Both the position numbers and the translations under genes were made by a program. DNA of 64,000 nucleotides, from the NCBI GenBank assembly GCA_964016885.1, contig OZ024740.1, positions 380,804,001 through 380,868,000 of the forward strand. The letters run 5' to 3'. Source of the stretch: Eledone cirrhosa. Lineage: Eukaryota. Below the pieces are notes generated by a model, which worked only from the letters and a program-made list of their open reading frames with translations, did not search any database and was not told where the DNA came from. How positions within the stretch are numbered: the first letter of the stretch is position 1; the number at the start of each line of letters is the position of its first letter. Of this stretch, positions 56,637 through 64,000 are shown piece by piece.

Positions 56637-56997
56637 TGTCTGATTTACTCGTTTTATTTACAATCCTTTAAAATTTATAATGGTATTAGAATGAAATAGT
56701 ATGGTAAAATATTAAATGTTAAGTGTTAATTGAACAAATACTTTCATGCTTTCGCAATCTTCAGGTTCACATTGTCTGGTGACAGTCAAGTTTGCGATTT
56801 TCAACAGTTGAAAATCGCAAACTTGACTGTCACCACATAATGTGAACCTGAAGATTGCGAAAGCATGAAAGTACTTGTTTAATTAACACTTAACATTTAA
56901 TATTCTATCATACTATTTCATTCTAATACCATTATAAATTTTAAAGGATTGTAAATAAAACGAGTAAATCAGACAAAGTTGGAATACCTTTTATTAA
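56637..56997. mobile_element. Palindromic element (169-bp arms, 1-nt centre at 56806) with tail 56976-56997
   Basis: 56637-56805 is inverted at 56807-56975 with a few mismatches. Confidence 0.9.
56844..56880 (+). ncRNA. Minimal hammerhead ribozyme (mirror copy on minus strand at 56732-56768)
   Basis: GAAC CUGAAGA U UGC-GAAA-GCA U GAAA GUAC UU GUUU: GNRA-capped stem II, palindromic AGUACU stem III. Confidence 0.85.
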
Positions 56998-57075
56998 TAT
57001 ATATATATATACATACATACATACATGCATATATTATTAATATAATGTTCTATACACAATCATACACACCCGTGT

Positions 57076-57187
<112 letters not shown>

Positions 57188-57416
57188 ATATGAATGTATG
57201 GATGTATATATATATATGTGTGTGTGTAAATATATATATGTGTGTGTATATATATATATGTGTGTATATATATGTCTATATATATATATGTATATATGTG
57301 CATATATATATGCCTATGATTCCTAGCAGACAACTGACGATGGATATTACCCTCTTTCGCCGTAACTTTTATTTTCATTATACTTTATTGCAATCACACA
57401 GCCCGCCATTTTATTC

Positions 57417-57528
<112 letters not shown>

Positions 57529-57649
57529 TTCGAGTTTCACGAGATAAAGTAAGAGATACAAAAACAAAAATACAAAAAAATATGTCTGAACGTAGTTGAC
57601 ATATACACATATACGTACATATATCTATATATATATACGCACACACACA

Positions 57650-57722
<73 letters not shown>

Positions 57723-57909
57723 CGTGTGTGTGTATGTGTGTGCGTATATATATACATATATGTACGTATATGTGTATATGTATATATATATATTGTTATA
57801 CTTGGGGAGGGTCATATTTGTGTAATATTGCCAGAATTAATAACAGAACACACTCACTGTTTGGTTGGTTTTCGCTTCTCGCTGTTTTTTATATCTGCGA
57901 TCTAACTTC

Positions 57910-60900
57910 ATGAGCGTCATCCGACATGAAACGAAATACGCTCGAAACGAATGCAATAGGCATTTCAAGAAGAAATTAGAATGGATGAATAAGAAAAAAC
58001 TACAAGAAAGGAAAATCGAATATTCTCAAAAATACCCAGATAACATCGACAATATCCGTATGACTGATGTAAAACTACCGGAAGAATTTACCAATGACCA
58101 CACAGTAAATATCTATGGGAACACTTTAATCAGTGAACAAGAACAACAAATCCTACGGTTACCACCAAAATTTGCCATCTCCAAAAAGATTAACCCTATG
58201 GAATGCAAAACGGAGCTGGAAAAGTGTTTCACAAAAATACGTTGGAATGCAAAGGTAAACAACAACAACAATAATAACGGTAGTAGTAATATAAACAATA
58301 ACTCTGAGTATAGAAATAACAGCCATAATGATAACAATGGCAGGAAAGTGAGAAATAGTGATAATGGTAATAATACTAGCGATGGACAGAACAACAACAA
58401 CCACAATAATAATAATAATAGAAACATTAACCACAGACACAGCAACAGCGACCACAGTAGTAATAACGGTAACAATACGAACAACAACAACAATAACCAC
58501 AGTGGTAATAATGGAAATAGTACATGTAGCAACATCAACAAAAACAAGAAACATAATAATAGTAACAACCACAATGGTAGAAATAACAGTAACAACAACA
58601 ACAATAACGGTGAAGTACACAACAATACATCTAGCAATCATAACAATAATAATAATGCTAATGATAGAAACAACAACAACCACCCTGATAACAACAATAG
58701 CAACACACACAACTATGACGATAGATATAATGACAACCCCTTAGAGAAACTATTTTTCAACCCAGCTGACAAAACATATAAGATGGGTAATATCTATCCT
58801 ACGGGGTTACCCTTTAATAAAAGAGTTTGCATACCACAGCAAATAGATGACGAGACAGAGGCACAGTTCACCATAGCTAGAAATAAGATTAGACAAGTAG
58901 TAGACAGGTATACAAAGAGACAGAGCAGACCAGAGGCCCAACAACTTGGGAGGAAACCTGTAGAAGGCTTGGTTAGCCTCAAGCAGCGCACAAGGGATGG
59001 TGAGGTAGTATGTCTACCCACAGATAAGTCTGGTAGGATGTCAATAGATAGCATGCCGAACTACATCGAGGCTATGCAACCCCACATCACCAACACGAGC
59101 GAAATTGCACAGCAAACACACGATGGGAGAGAAAAAATCCTCAACGCTCACATGATGATGTGGACTGTCATCCTAAAGCCAAGCAGACGCACTGCCAACA
59201 ACTTCCAGGCGTCTAACAATGGCATACCACCCTTGTATGGGCTCCGCAAAGACCACAAGACAGTCGACGACCCAACAACAGGACCACCAACAAGACCCGT
59301 ATGCGGAGCTAATATAGCTAGCAACTACAGGATCTCCTACTTCCTCTCAATGGTTATACGCCCCATAATCAAGATGTCCCCAGATGTATGTGAAAGTACA
59401 GAGGACCTCCTCAGCAGAATCAGTGAGTGCAACAAAAACAGGAGCCTATCCAACTGCGTAATAGGCAGCATGGATGTGGTGTCACTGTACCCATCCATTA
59501 ACATTGATTTTGCTGTGAAAAGATGTGTGGAGATGATCATTGAGAGTGAGGTGGAGTTCTGCGACGTCGACACAGACGAACTGGGCCTCCTACTTAGACT
59601 TACCTACGACACTGACTACCTAGACAGCCATGACCTTAGATGTTTCTGCCCTAGTAGACCTATAAGAGGTAGACCCCCCACCATAACCTCAATGGCAAAA
59701 AAGACTCCCATGGGAAGGTGGATTGGGTGGACCAAAGCTATACGGACCCCCCAAAACAATGATCAGGTAAGAAAAATGGTCGCACATGCAATAGGGGCTA
59801 GTATCAAAACTACCCTAAAGGGACACATATTTAAGTTCAATGAGAAAATCTACACCCAAAATGAGGGAGCAACCATCGGCGTCAGCATAGCTGGTGACGT
59901 TGCCAACCTTTTCATGGTATGGTGGGAAAGGAGACTTAAAGATCTCCTTAATGAAAGCTCCATAGACCTCATCATGTACTCTCGTTATGTAAACGATATC
60001 AATATAGTTATAAGAACACGCCCACTAGAGAGCACTAACCAGTTTGATTTAGAACGTAGCACGATGGAAAGCATCCAGCAGATAGCTAATTCCATACACC
60101 AGAGCATAACTGTAACTATCGACTTCCCTTCCAAACACCCTAACAATAGACTACCTGTATTAAACACAGAACTCTGGATTTACACTATAGACGAGAGAGC
60201 CCAAATTCTCCACTCACACTATGCTAAACCCATGGCCTCCAAATACCTGATACTCAAAAACTCAGCAATATCCAGTAGTGCTAAGTTTAATATTCTGATC
60301 GCAGATTTGGTACGAGTGATGAAGAATGTGTCCAGCATGTGCGACCCAACAGAAATGGAAAGACACATCCAACACTTCATCAACCGCATGCAGTTCTCTG
60401 GCTACAACCAAAGAGACAGAGTCAGAGTATACGAAGGAGCCATGGAAAAGTATAAGACCCTCATAGAACTGGACATGAAAGGAATTTGCCCATTATACAG
60501 GAGCAAATCATGGAATAGCTTAGATAGGGCTAGACATAAGATAGGGAAGGCCACATCATGGTACGACAACCAGAGATATCAGAGTGTCATGTTTGTGGAC
60601 GCCACCCCTGGAGGGAAATTAGCTAACCAGTGTAGAAAGGCCCTGAGAAAGACCCACTTAAAAATAAAGGTGGTAGAAAAGCCAGGAACCACCATAAAAT
60701 CCCTGATCAGCAAAACCTACCCTTTTAAGAAAACCCACTGTACCAATAGGAAATGTATCATATGTAAGGTGAACCCCCGGATAAACTGTAAAACTAGAAA
60801 CGTAGTCTATAGCATAAGATGTACAGAGGGTACTTGCAGAAACTTGACAACAACATACATAGGTGAGACAGCTCGTAGCATAGGTGAAAGGATAGACCAA

Positions 60901-61143
60901 CACTGGGGAGAACTAAAAGGACGAAAAAACGGGTCAGTACTATACGAACATGCTAGACAACAACATGACGGTAACATAGACAACATAGAAATTAGAATAA
61001 TATCTAAACATAGGAATGACCCAGCAGATAGGCAAATCAGAGAGGCCAGTGAAATAGAAATTAGAAGACCAAAGCTAAACAGAAAGAATGAGTGGAACAA
61101 CAACAACACCCAAACAAACAACACTGACCTAAGAGAAGTATAA
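57910..61143 (+). CDS. PLE polyprotein: N-terminal region with Asn-rich insert, reverse transcriptase, GIY-YIG endonuclease (probably RT-dead)
   Basis: Uninterrupted frame with LPPKFA, PTDKSG, LYGLRKDHK, SMDVVSLYPSI, MVWW, RYVND, CTNRKCIIC...NVVYSIRC...YIGET...QH...LNRKNEW; first 15 codons of the track ORF lie in the inverted pLTR. Confidence 0.88.
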   Translation: MSVIRHETKYARNECNRHFKKKLEWMNKKKLQERKIEYSQKYPDNIDNIRMTDVKLPEEFTNDHTVNIYGNTLISEQEQQILRLPPKFAISKKINPMECKTELEKCFTKIRWNAKVNNNNNNNGSSNINNNSEYRNNSHNDNNGRKVRNSDNGNNTSDGQNNNNHNNNNNRNINHRHSNSDHSSNNGNNTNNNNNNHSGNNGNSTCSNINKNKKHNNSNNHNGRNNSNNNNNNGEVHNNTSSNHNNNNNANDRNNNNHPDNNNSNTHNYDDRYNDNPLEKLFFNPADKTYKMGNIYPTGLPFNKRVCIPQQIDDETEAQFTIARNKIRQVVDRYTKRQSRPEAQQLGRKPVEGLVSLKQRTRDGEVVCLPTDKSGRMSIDSMPNYIEAMQPHITNTSEIAQQTHDGREKILNAHMMMWTVILKPSRRTANNFQASNNGIPPLYGLRKDHKTVDDPTTGPPTRPVCGANIASNYRISYFLSMVIRPIIKMSPDVCESTEDLLSRISECNKNRSLSNCVIGSMDVVSLYPSINIDFAVKRCVEMIIESEVEFCDVDTDELGLLLRLTYDTDYLDSHDLRCFCPSRPIRGRPPTITSMAKKTPMGRWIGWTKAIRTPQNNDQVRKMVAHAIGASIKTTLKGHIFKFNEKIYTQNEGATIGVSIAGDVANLFMVWWERRLKDLLNESSIDLIMYSRYVNDINIVIRTRPLESTNQFDLERSTMESIQQIANSIHQSITVTIDFPSKHPNNRLPVLNTELWIYTIDERAQILHSHYAKPMASKYLILKNSAISSSAKFNILIADLVRVMKNVSSMCDPTEMERHIQHFINRMQFSGYNQRDRVRVYEGAMEKYKTLIELDMKGICPLYRSKSWNSLDRARHKIGKATSWYDNQRYQSVMFVDATPGGKLANQCRKALRKTHLKIKVVEKPGTTIKSLISKTYPFKKTHCTNRKCIICKVNPRINCKTRNVVYSIRCTEGTCRNLTTTYIGETARSIGERIDQHWGELKGRKNGSVLYEHARQQHDGNIDNIEIRIISKHRNDPADRQIREASEIEIRRPKLNRKNEWNNNNTQTNNTDLREV

Positions 61144-61413
61144 ATAAGTAAATAAAATAAAATAAAATAAGATAAATAAATACATACACAAGCACAATAA
61201 CAACAAGCACATAAACACACACTAGTCACCCAGCAGACACAACACTATACACACTAGTCACACAGCAAACATAACACTATACACACACGCAAACGCATGC
61301 GCAAAGAAGACAAAATAAAATAAACAAACAAGCAAATAAATAAATAAATATATAAACAGACTGAATAAAAAATGGCGTAGACATACAACACAACAGGAGG
61401 AAAAATATAACAC

Positions 61414-61451
61414 CACTGACGATGTTGCAGATGTGCAACGAAAGATTTATG
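61414..61451 (+). ncRNA. Hammerhead motif in PLE 3' UTR
   Basis: CA CUGACGA U GUUGCA-GAUG-UGCAAC GAAA GAUU UA UG: core and stem II good, stem I weak. Confidence 0.65.
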
Positions 61452-61740
61452 TAAATTATGTAAACTATATATGTGTTTGTGTCTATATTGTATCTGTATT
61501 ATTTTTGACCGTCGGTCAGTCAATGGCAACATTGAGGACCGAGTAAGTTAGATCGCAGATATAAAAGACAGCGAGAAGCGAAAACCAACCAAACAGTGAG
61601 TGTGTTCTGTTATTAATTCTGGCAATATTACACAAATATGACCCTCCCCAAGTATAACAATATTTGTTTCGACACACGATTTCATATAAAAAACCTCGCT
61701 AAACTAATTCATCGCCGCTATATATATATATATATATATA

Positions 61741-62254
61741 TAAATGTAAGTATGTATGTATACATAAATACATATATGTATACAGACGTACAGTAGTATG
61801 TTTATATATATACATACATGCACACATATATATGTACGTATGGGTTTACCGAACATTTATTATAACGTTCGGTTTGTTTGTAAACAAACAGCCTGAATTA
61901 CGCCGTACAGTGTTCAGTGTAGAATCATCTAGCAGGAAGGTATACGATGCTGACGATAGCTAATAAGCTTGAAACTAATACATCGTTCTTGTGTCAGTGT
62001 TGAACAAAAAGGTGACGATGGTTGCCTGAACACTGTACGGCGTAATTCGGGCTGTTTGTTTACAAACAAACCGAACGTTATAATAAATGTTCGGTAAACC
62101 CATACGTACATATATATATATGTGTGCATGTATGTATATATATATACATACTACTGTACGTCTGTATACATATATGTATGTACGTATACATACATACTTA
62201 CATTTAAGTATCAGCCGTACTAAGAGTGAGAAATGAATTTTCGTTTCATTCTTT

Positions 62255-62260
<6 letters not shown>
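61741..62260. mobile_element. Fold-back element with hammerhead in the spacer
   Basis: 61741-61917 is inverted at 62026-62206; unpaired tail after 62206; related fragment at ~10815-10930. Confidence 0.85.
61944..61986 (+). ncRNA. Minimal hammerhead ribozyme
   Basis: ACGAUG CUGACGA U AGCU-AAUA-AGCU U GAAA CUAA UA CAUCGU: 6-bp stem I. Confidence 0.85.
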
Positions 62261-62331
<71 letters not shown>

Positions 62332-64000
62332 GCGCGCACGTGTATCACTGTTGTGTTAATGTTTATTTGACCACTACTAGCATAATGTTGCAATCCTTTC
62401 TTATCTTATCAAGACAAAACTAAATCCTCTCTATTCACTTGCCTTATCTCATTACCATATAGTAATACATTCCTTACAGTTTGGCTCCTTTCGAGCAGAA
62501 AAAGATCAGTTTTAAAACTTTTGTTACCATATCTCTAAACAAAGTTTTTTACATAGAATCATAGAGGAAGGTTTTTACATAAATATATACACTTTAAAAT
62601 AAACAACATCGTATCATATAATCAGGCACTGATTTCAGGTGATTTGGTAATAAAAATGTAAAATGTAACAGATCTCCATACTTCTTTCAATCCATTCTTA
62701 CTCTAACTTCTTTATTACCACTATAATTACCCCCAGCAATATTAATATATAACAGAATTAATTATATAATATTTTTTAATAAACCAAAAGAGCCATTCAT
62801 AGACTTTATTCATTGTGTGTCTGCTACTGCCGAGCATTTCTGAGCATTCCTGTGCATATACCACATCTGACGTTTGGGTTGATTGTTAGCCTGCTAAGGA
62901 TACAGCTATCGTTCGATTTGCATTCACTGGTTCCGAGTTCGATCTATAGGTCAGGATTGACAAATAATTTTAATGTTAAATGTGTACATTTTTGTTTTAG
63001 GGGTAGAGTGTTCAGCCCAAGTTAGCCCAGATAAAGCAGTCTTATAAAGTAGGTAGAACGAAGCTCATACTCGATAGTATCACCTTCCTAGTTATATCTA
63101 ATGCATTTATCATAGTCAGTTAGATTAGTGTTTTCCAATCTTATTCTATCGTGAAAAGTTTATATGATGTTTCAAATGTCGCAGAACCCATACCTATATT
63201 TTACAGACAATCATCACCACCTTAATGTTAATGTGAGATTAATTGAAACATGAATTACTTTAGAAGGAGAATTTTTTATATAACAATTATATAAAATGTT
63301 TTCTTAAATTAAATTAAGTGACACCTTATCTCACGGAACTACAAATTGTGATTTTGGAAGCCATTGTGGAAAACACTGTGCTAAGATATTTAGATTAGAT
63401 GTGATACTAAAGTTGAGAAACTCCTCATTCTATATAAAGTTGATATCCCCCAGAAATGATGATATTGTTGGTCGTTTTAAAATCACCATGCTAGGAATGT
63501 AGGCATACGCCAACTAAAAATATAATGTCAATTTTGTAAACAGCAAAGAAACAATAAATAACTAAAATAAATAATTAAATAATTAAATGAATAAAATAAA
63601 TAAATAAATAAAATCGCAAGACGTTATCATCCATAACCAAAAAAGGTTATAAATATCATTTCGAAAGAAAAAAAAAACATCTAGTAGCCGAATCGCCAAA
63701 TGGTGAGACATACAATGTAAACACGTAAACAAACAGATACTTCAAGTGCGATGAGACGGTCTATAGGGGCCATATTGTCTGCCACCATCAACCTCAATCT
63801 TGAGCTAGTTTATATGGTATGTTTATCGACTCAGTTTGCATGTTTGCTTTTAGTGTTTTCTCTTGTGTATATCTCTTCGGTTCTCTTTTTCTTTTTCCAG
63901 ATGGTTTCCACTTCAGATCGTTATATTTGTTATGATACTCTCCTCTTTTCCCCAAACAATACTCATATAACCACAAAAATGCAGCAGACGAAAAACAAAA

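Larger units (their letters stand above)
57791..61718 (+). mobile_element. Penelope-like retroelement (Naiad-like), 5'-truncated, with short inverted pLTR
   Basis: 57791-57908 is the reverse complement of 61545-61662; tail 61663-61718; RT+GIY-YIG ORF; (TA)n flanks. Confidence 0.93.

Noticed and set aside
57865-57909. N-terminal MVFASRCFLYLRSNF of the 1092-aa ORF (and MPLLCSV... of the 778-aa ORF)
   Set aside because: Encoded by inverted pLTR or junction sequence; chance in-frame fusion
60720-60980. Selenocysteine recoding as reported for some Naiad PLEs
   Set aside because: Cys positions are ordinary TGT/TGC codons and no in-frame TGA occurs in these ORFs

Overview
AT-rich, microsatellite-laden animal genomic DNA. 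The repeat make-up suggests a cephalopod such as Octopus (inference, not verified). No host protein-coding gene could be supported, and most short ORFs in the track are (TA)n/(CA)n artefacts. The window is dominated by Penelope-like retroelements (PLEs) inserted into (TA)n tracts. These are two large Naiad-like RT+GIY-YIG copies (11.9-15.6 kb, minus, frameshifted; 57.8-61.7 kb, plus, open frame but YVDD changed to YVND), one Neptune-like GIY-YIG fragment (29.1-31.6 kb), and several mutually dissimilar short non-coding fold-back elements. Read as RNA, most of them carry a minimal type-I hammerhead ribozyme (CUGANGA-stem II-GAAA-short or palindromic stem III-UH). I found about a dozen well-formed motifs plus decayed ones, and in three palindromes both strands encode one. 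Most of these elements share one geometry: a copy with a 3' tail abutting (TA)n plus an inverted, tail-less copy. Also present are non-autonomous Helitrons (3 copies), tRNA-derived SINEs, RTE, CRE-like (RLE) and Tx1 LINE remnants, and a mariner relic split by an inversion. All motifs and coordinates were read by eye; no folding or database searches were run.
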